The notes beneath the pieces are model-generated. The model searched no databases and was not told the origin of the DNA. It saw nothing but the letters and a program-made list of their open reading frames with translations. The position numbers and the translations under genes were made by a program. Source: a virus (lineage: Duplodnaviria; Caudoviricetes). From it: a DNA stretch of 64,000 nucleotides. Shown here piece after piece: positions 1-8,397 of this stretch; within the stretch, counting starts at the first letter, position 1, and each line of letters starts with the position of its first letter. Location of the stretch: the IMG/VR virus record IMGVR_UViG_3300037418_003152, positions 5,271-69,270 of that record; one strand, given 5' to 3'.

Positions 1-473
1 TCGCCGTAGACCGCCGCGGTCGGGAACGCGTTCTTCGGGTAGGTCTCGACGCGGACGACCGTGAAGACCAGCCGGTCGCCGTTGACCCGGCTGATGTTGA
101 CCTCGTCGCCGGCGCGCAGCTCGTGCAGGCGGGCGAACACGCCGGGGGTGCCGTGGGCGTTGACGTGGCCGAGCAGCACCGCCGGGCCGGGCTGGCCCGG
201 CGCGGGGGAGTAGCGGAACCACGACGCCTGTTCGGGGTGGTCCAGCGGTGGCACCTCGACGGTGTGGTCGGGGTTGAGCCCGGTCTGGATCAGCGTGGAG
301 TGCACCCCGATCGCGGGGATGTCCACGACGGTCGGATAGATCTGGCCCAGGGCGAGCGTGGGCGCCGACGCGGGCGCGGGCCCCGCGGGCGCCGGGGCGG
401 CGGCGTGGCCGCACCCGGCGAGCACCGTGAGCACCGCGAGCACCGCGACCCCGGCCAGCCGGGGCAGCTTCAC
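1..473 (-). CDS. Class F sortase, lipoprotein (3' end truncated by window edge)
   Basis: Not in ORF track. Manual translation from GTG 473: MKLPRLAGVAVLAVLTVLAGCG (lipobox LAGC)...VDIPAIGVHSTLIQTGLNPDHTVEVPPLDHPEQASWFRYSPAPGQPGPAVLLGHVNAHGTPGVFARLHELRAGDEV...VETYPKNAFPTAAVYG; typical sortase F pattern incl. catalytic His (GHV). GTGA overlap with upstream gene. Confidence 0.88.
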   Translation of the reverse strand, partial: MKLPRLAGVAVLAVLTVLAGCGHAAAPAPAGPAPASAPTLALGQIYPTVVDIPAIGVHSTLIQTGLNPDHTVEVPPLDHPEQASWFRYSPAPGQPGPAVLLGHVNAHGTPGVFARLHELRAGDEVNISRVNGDRLVFTVVRVETYPKNAFPTAAVYG

Positions 474-1015
474 GCCGCGCCGGTGTCGGCGGCGCCGACC
501 GGGATCTCGGCGACCTGGCCGGTGCTGGGCGGCGCGGGCGGCAGAGGCGGGAGGGTGCTCAGCGGCGGCAGGGCGGTGGGCGCGGTCGTGGGCGCCGCCG
601 TCGTGGGCGGGGTGAGCGGGGTGCAGCCGGCGAGGGTGCGCGCGGCGTCGAGCTTGCCGGTCAGCTCGTCGACGACCGGGGCGTCGAGGCCGAGCTGGGC
701 GATGCCCTCGACGGTCATCGCCGCACACACGCGCAGCTTGACCGTCGCGATGTCGACCGGGCCGGCGTCACAGCCGATGGCCTTGCGGGCGCTCGCGAGC
801 GCCGCGGCGTTGGGCAGGTCGGCGGGCAGCAGCGAGCGCAGCGGGTCCACTGTGCGCGCCGCGGCGATGGTCTCGGCGGTCAGCAGCGAGCACGCGTCGC
901 CGGCCGGGGCCGGGGTGATGTCGGCCGCCGGGGCCGGGGTCGCGGCGGCGGCGACCGCGACCGGCAGGGTCAGCGCGGTGGCCATGGTCGTTGCGAGCAG
1001 GGCGCGGATGAGCAT
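470..1015 (-). CDS. Secreted Pro/Thr-rich protein, candidate sortase F substrate
   Basis: N-terminal signal peptide, P/T-rich linker, C-terminus QVAEIPVGAADTGAA; stop overlaps the sortase start. Confidence 0.7.
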   Translation of the reverse strand: MLIRALLATTMATALTLPVAVAAAATPAPAADITPAPAGDACSLLTAETIAAARTVDPLRSLLPADLPNAAALASARKAIGCDAGPVDIATVKLRVCAAMTVEGIAQLGLDAPVVDELTGKLDAARTLAGCTPLTPPTTAAPTTAPTALPPLSTLPPLPPAPPSTGQVAEIPVGAADTGAA

Positions 1016-1065
1016 TCGGGATGCCTCCTGGGTGGGGTGTGGGGAAACGGGCGGCGGGTGGGTGC

Positions 1066-1893
1066 TCAGTTGCCGAGCAAGGTCCCGTCACCCGGGGCCG
1101 CGGTGGTTGTGACCGCGGGTGGGGTCGAGGTGGGTGGCGCGGGTGTCGTGGGCGACTGGGTGGGTGAGGCGGATGGCTGGTCGTCGACCACGCACCCGTC
1201 ACCCACCTGCCCGTCCGCGTAGGTCACCCGCCCGACGTGGTCACCCGGCGGGCAGGCGGGCGGCGGGTGGGCGGCCATGTAGTCGGCGACCGCGGCGGCG
1301 ATCTGGGCCTGCGTGGGGCCGGGGCCGGGCTCGCCGTTCTTGCCGGGCGCGGGCGGGTGGTCAGCCAGGTAGGTGCTCACCGCCGCGGCGATCTCCGCGG
1401 CCGTCGGGGCGCGCCCGGGCGCGGGCGGGTGGCTGGTCAGGTAGTCGGCGACCGCGGTGGTGATCTCGGCGGTGGTGGGCGCCCGCCCGGCGGGCGGCGG
1501 GTGCGCGGCCAGGTAGGCCGCGACCGCGGCGGAGATCTGCGCCGGGTCGGGCCCGGGGCCCTGCGGGCCGACGATGACGGCGGGGCTGGCCTTGACCGCG
1601 GCGGCCTGCTGGCAGGCCCCGATCGCGCGCAGCTGGTCGGCGGTCTGACCGCCGGCCGCGCACGCCGCGGTGACCTGGTCGGCCAGCCCGGAGGCCTGCT
1701 GCGCGGTCGCGTCGCGCTGCTGCACGGCGTGGTCCTTCTCCGCGGTGGCCTTCGCGGTGCTGTGGTTCGAGGTCGCGACAGCGACGGTCAGGGCGATGGC
1801 GGCGACGAGCACGCACACCCCGACGAACGCGCGCAGCCCGAACCGGGACAGCGAGACCAGCCGGGTACGAGCGCGACTCACTATGGCGGGCAT
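1066..1893 (-). CDS. Membrane-anchored protein with four Pro-rich repeats (A-x-I-x-x-AV-x-x-Y-L/M-x-x-HPP)
   Basis: Start reassigned to ATG 1893 (MPAIVSRARTRL); one N-terminal TM helix; four repeats visible. Confidence 0.65.
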   Translation of the reverse strand: MPAIVSRARTRLVSLSRFGLRAFVGVCVLVAAIALTVAVATSNHSTAKATAEKDHAVQQRDATAQQASGLADQVTAACAAGGQTADQLRAIGACQQAAAVKASPAVIVGPQGPGPDPAQISAAVAAYLAAHPPPAGRAPTTAEITTAVADYLTSHPPAPGRAPTAAEIAAAVSTYLADHPPAPGKNGEPGPGPTQAQIAAAVADYMAAHPPPACPPGDHVGRVTYADGQVGDGCVVDDQPSASPTQSPTTPAPPTSTPPAVTTTAAPGDGTLLGN

Positions 1894-1897
1894 CCGG

Positions 1898-2386
1898 TCA
1901 CTCACCTCCGCAGTCGCGCACCACGAGTGGGTTCGCCTGCTGGGCGGCGTCCAGCGTGTCGAGGGCGGCGAGGTAGGTGCGCATGGCGTCGGGGCGCTCC
2001 GGCGAGTTCGGCGGCGTGGAAGACAGCGACCGCAGGAAGGTGCGTTGCGCGTCGTTGAGCGCGCGGGAGGCCTCGGAGCGTTGGGTGAGCGCGGCCTCGA
2101 ACTGCTTGCTCGCCTGCGCCTCGCAGGCGGCGAGGTTGCGTAGGTCGCGGCTGGAGGAGTAGCCCTGCCAGCCGGTGTAGACGCCCAGCGCGAGCAGCAG
2201 CAGCCCGAGGATCGTCCCGGCGCTCGCGTTGAGCCCGCGGCGGAACCGGGTCGCCCGGGTCGGGGGCGGGCCGTCGGCGTGCGGGTCGCGCTTGAGCGCC
2301 ACACCCCGGACGAGGAACCCGGCCACGAACCCGATCACGACGCCCGTGGCCGACCACTCGAGCGCGGCCTGCGTGTAGGCGCTCAT
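1898..2386 (-). CDS. Membrane protein (2 TM + helical tail), lysis-cassette-like
   Basis: Start ATG 2386 (MSAYTQAALEW) overlaps upstream stop; two hydrophobic segments. Confidence 0.6.
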   Translation of the reverse strand: MSAYTQAALEWSATGVVIGFVAGFLVRGVALKRDPHADGPPPTRATRFRRGLNASAGTILGLLLLALGVYTGWQGYSSSRDLRNLAACEAQASKQFEAALTQRSEASRALNDAQRTFLRSLSSTPPNSPERPDAMRTYLAALDTLDAAQQANPLVVRDCGGE

Positions 2387-2709
2387 CGATTCCCCCCTCC
2401 CCGGTCGGTCGGGCGGTGGTGGCGGCCGGTGGGGCCCGTCGGTGTTCTCCACGGGCCCTGGCCGCCCCAGGGGTGGTCGTCCGGCGGCTCGGGTGGCGGG
2501 CGCTCGGGGGAGTCGTCGGGGTCGTCGTCGTCCTTGTGGCCCTTACGCGAGAGCGCGAGCGCGCCGCCGACGACGCCCATGAAGATCCCGTTGATGGTGA
2601 CGTCGGGCTTCCACTCCAGGCCCGGCAGGAACTGCAGCCCGAAGTTGCAGGCCCACACGAGGCTGACCAGCACGATGATCGCCTGTGCGAGGCGCTTGGG
2701 CAGCAGCAC
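2383..2709 (-). CDS. Holin-like membrane protein
   Basis: Two TM helices, charged/Pro-rich C-terminus, directly after tail fibre gene. Confidence 0.45.
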   Translation of the reverse strand: MLLPKRLAQAIIVLVSLVWACNFGLQFLPGLEWKPDVTINGIFMGVVGGALALSRKGHKDDDDPDDSPERPPPEPPDDHPWGGQGPWRTPTGPTGRHHRPTDRGGGNR

Positions 2710-2754
2710 CGCGGCCCTCCCCCCTGAGTCGGTGTGTGAGGCAGGGGTGGTGGG

Positions 2755-3972
2755 CTAGTAGTTGATGTTGCCGGTGAGGCCGGGGTCGATGCCCCAGTCC
2801 TCGGCCCAGATCTGGGCGGGCTCGTCGGAGGAGCCGACCATGCCGAACGTCGACGACCCGGCGCCGATCATGCTGATCAGGCAGCGCACGGTGACGGAGC
2901 TGGCGACGGTCAGCCACCCCGACAGCGGGATGCCGATCGGGGTGCCAGAGGGCGGCAGGTAGCCGGGCTGGTGCGACAGCGAGATCGATGTGCCGAGCAC
3001 GTTCCCGCCGTTGTCGCGGTCGGGTGCGGTGCCGTCGGTGGTGTAGGTGAGGTAGTAGTTCGCGATGGACTGGCTTGCCGCGTCGCCCCAGGCGCCGAAC
3101 AGGGAGCCGACCTGGTAGATGCGGCCCGCGACGGCGGGGAAGCTGAACTCGAAGAACTTGCTGTGCACCGACGCGGCGATCGATCCCTTGTTGCCGCTGC
3201 TGCGTAGCCCACGCCCGACGTAGCGTCGCTGCCCGGGGGAGACCCAGGTGCCCGGGGTGCCGGCGACGGTGCAGATCCACACGTTGCCGGTCTGGTCGAT
3301 GACGAAGTCGCCCTTGGCGAACGTGCCGGTGGTCGGGGCGCCCGACGTCGTGCCCCCGACGTAGCGGGTGGCGGCGGTCGCACCGGTCAAGCCGAGCGGC
3401 AGCCCGAGGGTCCACGCGCCCGCGTCGATCCACGTTCCAGGCGTACCGGCCCCGGTGCAGATCCAGACGTGGCCGTTCTGCGCGATCACGTAGTCGCCGA
3501 CCGCGAACGTGCCGGTCGTCGGGGCGCCCGAGGTGGTGGCGCCGACGTAGCGGGTGGCCGACGCCGCACCGGTCAGCGCGAGCGGCAGCCCGAGCACCGA
3601 GGCCCACTGCAGCCCGTTCGTCGCGCCGGACTGCGCCTGCAGCACCTGCCCGTTGGAGCCGACCCCGAGCCGGGTCGCCGCGCCGGCCCCGGAGGCGACG
3701 AGCAGGTCGCCCTTCGCGGTGAACGTGGAGGCGATGTTGAGGTTGAGCTGCACCCACGCCGCGCCGGTGTCGTAGTAGACGGCCTGGGTGTCGGTGGCCA
3801 GGTAGAGCCGGCCGTGGATCGCGGCGGCCGGGCGCGCGGCCAGCGTGCCTTCGGCGAACACGACCGCGACCGCGTCGAGCGCGTTGGCCAGCCGCAGCAT
3901 GTCGGCGGGCACGTTGTTCGGGTCGGTCGCGGTTGGGACCTGGAGACCGAGGCGGGTCGTCGTGGTGGTCAC
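2755..3972 (-). CDS. Tail fibre / receptor-binding protein
   Basis: N-terminal TTRLGLQVP..DPNNVPADMLRLANALD anchor typical of actinophage fibres; G/T-rich; duplicated ~60-aa module; follows baseplate genes. Confidence 0.75.
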   Translation of the reverse strand: MTTTTTRLGLQVPTATDPNNVPADMLRLANALDAVAVVFAEGTLAARPAAAIHGRLYLATDTQAVYYDTGAAWVQLNLNIASTFTAKGDLLVASGAGAATRLGVGSNGQVLQAQSGATNGLQWASVLGLPLALTGAASATRYVGATTSGAPTTGTFAVGDYVIAQNGHVWICTGAGTPGTWIDAGAWTLGLPLGLTGATAATRYVGGTTSGAPTTGTFAKGDFVIDQTGNVWICTVAGTPGTWVSPGQRRYVGRGLRSSGNKGSIAASVHSKFFEFSFPAVAGRIYQVGSLFGAWGDAASQSIANYYLTYTTDGTAPDRDNGGNVLGTSISLSHQPGYLPPSGTPIGIPLSGWLTVASSVTVRCLISMIGAGSSTFGMVGSSDEPAQIWAEDWGIDPGLTGNINY

Positions 3973-4018
3973 TCGACCACCTCCAATCGCAAGCGAGGGG
4001 CCGAGTGGGGAGCGCGGC

Positions 4019-4738
4019 TCAGGTGCCGGGCGGAGCCGAGGTCATCGCCGAGTAGGTGCCGTAGTGGCTGGTCGTGGCCGAATACGTCGAGCCCCACGTC
4101 TCAGCCGAGAGCTGCGCGTAGGTCTGCCCGACCCCGACCACCAGGTTGAGCACCAGCCCGGCGGGCTTGGCGGCCTCCAGCGCGACCGCGAGCTCGTCGG
4201 CGCCGCTGGCGAAGTCGGCGTAGGTGGGGAACGCACCGTCGAGCAGCGCATAGGTGGCGTACTCGTGGGACAGGTCGCCGTAGGACTGGCCGACGACCTG
4301 GCTGCCGTACACCACGACGGTCAGCAGGTACGGGTCGTTGGCGTCGCGCTCGACCAGCTGGATGGTCTGGGCGCCGGTGAGGTAGCGCTGCGCGGCGGCG
4401 ATGATCGCGGCGGGGGTGCCGCGGGCGAACCCGGACTCGGCGAGGATCTGGGCGCGCTGGGCGTCCTCGGTCGCCGCCGGGTCGATCTGGGTGCCGACGA
4501 ACTGCGCGAGCCAGGTGATGCCCTCGGTGGGCACCCGGTCCGGGTCGAGCAGCTGCGACCAGCCGGGGCCATCGTCGGTGTCGCGGCACAGGTCGTCGAC
4601 GGCCTGCAGCAGCCGCCCGGCGATGGCGTCGCAGAACCGCAGTAGCGGATAGCCCAGCTGCTCGTCCCCGGCGGTGATCGGGCCGAGCTCGTCGTAGAGC
4701 AGCTGTCCGGCGGCGGTGACGGCGGGCGGGGCGGTCAT
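4019..4738 (-). CDS. Baseplate wedge / tail protein (P2 gpI-like)
   Basis: Start ATG 4738; PDRVPTEGITWLAQFVG and RGTPAAI motifs; directly downstream of baseplate J. Confidence 0.7.
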   Translation of the reverse strand: MTAPPAVTAAGQLLYDELGPITAGDEQLGYPLLRFCDAIAGRLLQAVDDLCRDTDDGPGWSQLLDPDRVPTEGITWLAQFVGTQIDPAATEDAQRAQILAESGFARGTPAAIIAAAQRYLTGAQTIQLVERDANDPYLLTVVVYGSQVVGQSYGDLSHEYATYALLDGAFPTYADFASGADELAVALEAAKPAGLVLNLVVGVGQTYAQLSAETWGSTYSATTSHYGTYSAMTSAPPGT

Positions 4739-5928
4739 GTCGCCGGCGACACGACGACGTTGATCGTGCCGGGGGTCGGGAGCGGGACCGCGCCGGGCAG
4801 CTGCGCGTCCTGCGGTTGCAGCGCGCCGGCGCCGACGGACAGCTGCAGCCCGGACACGAACCTGACGCCGGGCACGGCGGCGAGCACCGCGCCGACGGTC
4901 AGGTAGCGCACCGTCGAGGTGTTGGTCCACGCCGGGGCCGGGCCGCCCCAGTTCGCCGGGGACAGCAGGTCGGTCAGCGCGGCCGCGCAGGCCGCGGTCA
5001 CCGCGGTGAGCGACTGCCCGGGCTGGGCGGTGACCTGCGCGGACACGTTGACCGCGGTGTAGGTCGGGGCGACGACGTTGACCACGAAGTTCACCTCACG
5101 TTGGGCCTCCAGCGCGTCGGCGACCGCGTCCTGCTGGGTGGTGGTGAGCGCGTTGCCCTCGGCGTCGACGACAGCGACGGTGACCATGCGGGCGTTGTTG
5201 AGCGACCCGTCGGCCGGGTTGTAGCCGTCGATCGCGGTGGCGCGGGCGACGGCGGGCTGGTTGCGCGCCAGCGCGGCGAAGTCGGCGGGCAGGATCGGGC
5301 GCGGCGTGAGCAACGTCAGCTCGGTGGCCAGCCGGTCGAGGTAGGCGGCCTGGTCCTCCGGGTCGGCCCCACCGGCGGTGGTGGTGGTGGACACGATGGT
5401 GGCCACGAACGACAGGTTGTCGACCGGGATCAGCTGGGCCGGCGCGAGCCCGTTGGCGGCCGCGGTCGCGACGACGGCCTGCAGGGTGACCCCACCGATC
5501 GCGGTCTGGTACTGCCCGGCGGGCACGGTCACGTCGGCGGTGGTGCGCAGCAGGACCAGCCCGTCGGGGCTGGTGCGGTAGCCGACGGTCGTACCGGCCG
5601 GGATGGTGTGCCCGAGGGTGTCGGTGAGCGTCCACGTGGACTGGCACTGCGCCTGCGATCCGGCCAGCGCCGGCAGGTTCAGCAGCGCGGTCCCGAAGTA
5701 CTGGAAGATGCCCAGCGGCACCTGCGCTGCCACCGCCGCGGTCTCGGCGCACATCCGGGCGAACGCCCGGATCATCCACACCTCGAGGTGGCCCTCGCGG
5801 GGCACCCAGCCGGGCAGCTGCTGGGTGAGGTAGCTCAGGGCCTGGGTGGCGAGGGTGTCGGCGTCGGTGGTGACCGGGAACGACAGGTAGCCGGCCGAGC
5901 TGGACACGGGCTGGGCTGGGGTGGTCAC
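4735..5928 (-). CDS. Baseplate J/gp47 family protein
   Basis: IPAGTTV, GGADPEDQAAYLDR, VRYLTVGAVLAAVPGVRFV motifs; synteny. Confidence 0.88.
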   Translation of the reverse strand: MTTPAQPVSSSAGYLSFPVTTDADTLATQALSYLTQQLPGWVPREGHLEVWMIRAFARMCAETAAVAAQVPLGIFQYFGTALLNLPALAGSQAQCQSTWTLTDTLGHTIPAGTTVGYRTSPDGLVLLRTTADVTVPAGQYQTAIGGVTLQAVVATAAANGLAPAQLIPVDNLSFVATIVSTTTTAGGADPEDQAAYLDRLATELTLLTPRPILPADFAALARNQPAVARATAIDGYNPADGSLNNARMVTVAVVDAEGNALTTTQQDAVADALEAQREVNFVVNVVAPTYTAVNVSAQVTAQPGQSLTAVTAACAAALTDLLSPANWGGPAPAWTNTSTVRYLTVGAVLAAVPGVRFVSGLQLSVGAGALQPQDAQLPGAVPLPTPGTINVVVSPAT

Positions 5929-6257
5929 CGCGTGCCTCCAGCGGTCGGGGGGAGCTGGGCGACGACGGTGGCCGTGCCGTCGGTGTTGACCTGCACGGCG
6001 AGCTGGGCGCCGACCGCGCGGGGTTCCCAGTTGCGCAGCGCCAGGGAGATCGCGAGCTTGGCGCCGCGCTCGTCGGAGAAGGTCAGGTCGGGCATGCCGT
6101 AGTCGAACTGCTCGATGCGGCTACCGACCGGCGTGCTGAGCAGCACGCGCACGCACTGGGCGATCTCGCGCAGCGAGCCCTGGTCGACGGTGGCAGCCGC
6201 GCCGGTGGCGTCGAGCTGGAACGGCACGAGCAGGTGCGGGGGAGGAGCCACGAACAC
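5925..6257 (-). CDS. Baseplate wedge GPW/gp25-like protein
   Basis: LLSTPVGSRIEQFDYG...LRNWEPR motif; upstream of baseplate J. Confidence 0.82.
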   Translation of the reverse strand: MFVAPPPHLLVPFQLDATGAAATVDQGSLREIAQCVRVLLSTPVGSRIEQFDYGMPDLTFSDERGAKLAISLALRNWEPRAVGAQLAVQVNTDGTATVVAQLPPTAGGTR

Positions 6258-6333
6258 CCCCTCTGAGCTGCGGTTATAGCCGCGGCAGTAATATTATTCG
6301 GCGTTTCGCTACAAGATCGACAGCTGTCGAGAG

Positions 6334-6615
6334 TCAGGCGGGCCACCCGGCGAACGTGACGATCCACGGGTCGGCCAGGTCGTCCCCGGCGAACGCGACC
6401 AGGCACGGGGTGCCCGCCGGCGGGTAGCCGTCGGCCGCGCTGGGGCGCGACCAGCGGGCCGGGCCGAACGCCCAGTCGGCGTGGAAGCTCGGGATCGCGA
6501 ACCGGACCCCGGTGGCGTCGGCCGAGACCACGACCGCGGACTGCGGCCCGGAGAACGGCGCGCGGGGCAGCCGCTCCCCGTTGACCAGGAACCCGATGTG
6601 GTCGAGCACGCCCAC
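6334..6615 (-). CDS. Baseplate spike/puncture-type protein (short gpV/gp45-like OB fold)
   Basis: PPAGTPCLVAFAGDDLADPWI motif; located between hub and gp25-like gene. Confidence 0.6.
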   Translation of the reverse strand: MGVLDHIGFLVNGERLPRAPFSGPQSAVVVSADATGVRFAIPSFHADWAFGPARWSRPSAADGYPPAGTPCLVAFAGDDLADPWIVTFAGWPA

Positions 6616-6631
6616 GCCTGCACCTCCCTAT

Positions 6632-7519
6632 TCAGATGCCGGCGTCGTCGGGGGTCGGCTCGGGCAGCGAGGGCCCGTTGGCGACGACCTTGACCGTGAC
6701 CGGGGTGTGGAACAGATCGCGGCTGATCTCCGAGACCAGGTAGGTGCTGCCGTTGGCGGCGGCCATGTTCGACAGGTACAGCCCCGCCCCGATCGGGCCC
6801 GACCAGGTCGTGGAGTAGCCGAAGATCGTCGCGGTGGACACCGGCTTGCCGGCGTCGTAGTCGAAGTCGACGTAGTCGCACAGGTCGGTGAACTCCGCGA
6901 CCGGGAACAGCGGCCGGTGGTTCATCAGCCAGTCGTCGGGGGCGAACCAGATCGAGTGCCCGTCGGAGAAGGCCCGGTACCCGACGTCCTGGGCCAGCCG
7001 CGTGATGCACGCCCAGGTGTCCTCGTTGGGGTCCTGCGCGGTGCCGCGGGTCAGCGGCACCAGCGACTTCGGGGTGGCGCCGTCGGCCGGGCCGATCACG
7101 TCGATCTCGGTGCCGACGTCGTAGAGCATGTGGCGCACGAACGCCACCCGGTCCATCGCGCCGGGCCCGACCGACCACGGGCCCTTGATGCCGCGCAGCT
7201 TGTTGATCAGCGCGTCCTCGAACCCGGCGGTGATCTGGTCCTTGGACTTCTGCACCTGCACCAGCGTGAAGCGCAGATCCGGGTAGCAGCCCACCGAGAT
7301 CGTGACCGCCTGGTTGAGCAGCGGCGAGGTCATCAGCTGCCGGGTCGGGTCGGCGAAGGTCAGCGCGATGGTGGAGGCCTGAGTCATCGAGCGGGTCATG
7401 GTGCAGGCAACCAGCAGGTCACCGGCGAACGCGCCGACCGGCTTGTCGAAGCCCTCCACGGTCATCAGGTCCGGGCGGCAGGCGTTGAGCGCCGGGGTCT
7501 GGAACAGGGGCGCGGTCAT
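6632..7519 (-). CDS. Baseplate hub protein (gpD/gp27-like)
   Basis: Start ATG 7519 (ATGA overlap); EDTWACITRLAQDVGYRAFSDGHSIWF motif; synteny. Confidence 0.65.
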   Translation of the reverse strand: MTAPLFQTPALNACRPDLMTVEGFDKPVGAFAGDLLVACTMTRSMTQASTIALTFADPTRQLMTSPLLNQAVTISVGCYPDLRFTLVQVQKSKDQITAGFEDALINKLRGIKGPWSVGPGAMDRVAFVRHMLYDVGTEIDVIGPADGATPKSLVPLTRGTAQDPNEDTWACITRLAQDVGYRAFSDGHSIWFAPDDWLMNHRPLFPVAEFTDLCDYVDFDYDAGKPVSTATIFGYSTTWSGPIGAGLYLSNMAAANGSTYLVSEISRDLFHTPVTVKVVANGPSLPEPTPDDAGI

Positions 7520-8385
7520 GGCAGCTGCAGGACGTCGTTGCGGCGGATGGAGCGCGGGTCCCGGATGCCGTTGAGCGTGGCGATCAGCCCGGCCTTGCGG
7601 TAGTCGCCGAGCTCGCGGGCGGCGATGCGCGCCAGCGAGTCGCCGTCGCGCACCACGTAGGTCCGCGACCCGGCCAGCAGCGGCAGCACCTGCGCGAGCT
7701 GGGGCAGCGCGGCGTTGACCACCCGGGCGGCGTCGGTGGCGGTGGTGGGCACCACGGCCAGGAACGCCGAGAGCTGGGTGGCCAGCTCGGCCGCGACCCC
7801 GGCCGGGAGCTGCCCGGCCAGGCTGGGCAGCTGCTGCAGCGCGGCGGTGAGCTGACCCGGCACGGTCAGCCCGGACTGGTTGAGCACCGCGAGCACGGCG
7901 CCAACCTGCGCGGTCAGCGTCGGCGACGGGGTGTCCGGCGCGACGACCGGGTCGTACTCGAGCAGCAGCAGACTCAGGTCCTGCTGGGTGCGGTCGCCGT
8001 CGGAGCGGCGGATGACCGCAGCGTCGCCCCAGGTCAGGGTCTGCAGCGCCCACATCCCCACGCCTTGAAGCTCCACCGGCCCGGAGACCGCCAGGATCGG
8101 CGGCTGGCCGGTGGACTCGGTGGGCGAGGTCCAGGAGTTCACCATCGCCGCGGCGTCCTCGATGGAGGTGTTGGTGTCGGCGCCGTCGAGCAGCAGCGGC
8201 AGGTCGAGCTGCTTGAGCTGGTCGGAGGTCCACTCCAGGAACGGCTTGCGCCGCGGCCGGTCGACCGCGACCCAGGTGTAGGAGCCGGTGATGTACTGCC
8301 CGGACTTGGCGACCCCGGCCAGGCCGAAGCTCACGCTCGGCCCGGCCGGGATGACCGGGGTGATGACCACATCGGGCGTTGGCAC
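7516..8385 (-). CDS. Tail tube initiator with C-terminal LysM domain
   Basis: C-terminal TYVVRDGDSLARIAARELG...IATLNGIRDPRSIRRNDVLQLP is a LysM motif; follows tape measure. Confidence 0.8.
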   Translation of the reverse strand: MPTPDVVITPVIPAGPSVSFGLAGVAKSGQYITGSYTWVAVDRPRRKPFLEWTSDQLKQLDLPLLLDGADTNTSIEDAAAMVNSWTSPTESTGQPPILAVSGPVELQGVGMWALQTLTWGDAAVIRRSDGDRTQQDLSLLLLEYDPVVAPDTPSPTLTAQVGAVLAVLNQSGLTVPGQLTAALQQLPSLAGQLPAGVAAELATQLSAFLAVVPTTATDAARVVNAALPQLAQVLPLLAGSRTYVVRDGDSLARIAARELGDYRKAGLIATLNGIRDPRSIRRNDVLQLP

Positions 8386-8397
8386 CGAACCCCCTTC

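Noticed and set aside
2755-3972. Diversity-generating retroelement targeting the tail fibre
   Set aside because: No reverse transcriptase and no adenine-specific template/variable repeat pair; the duplication is a coding tandem module.
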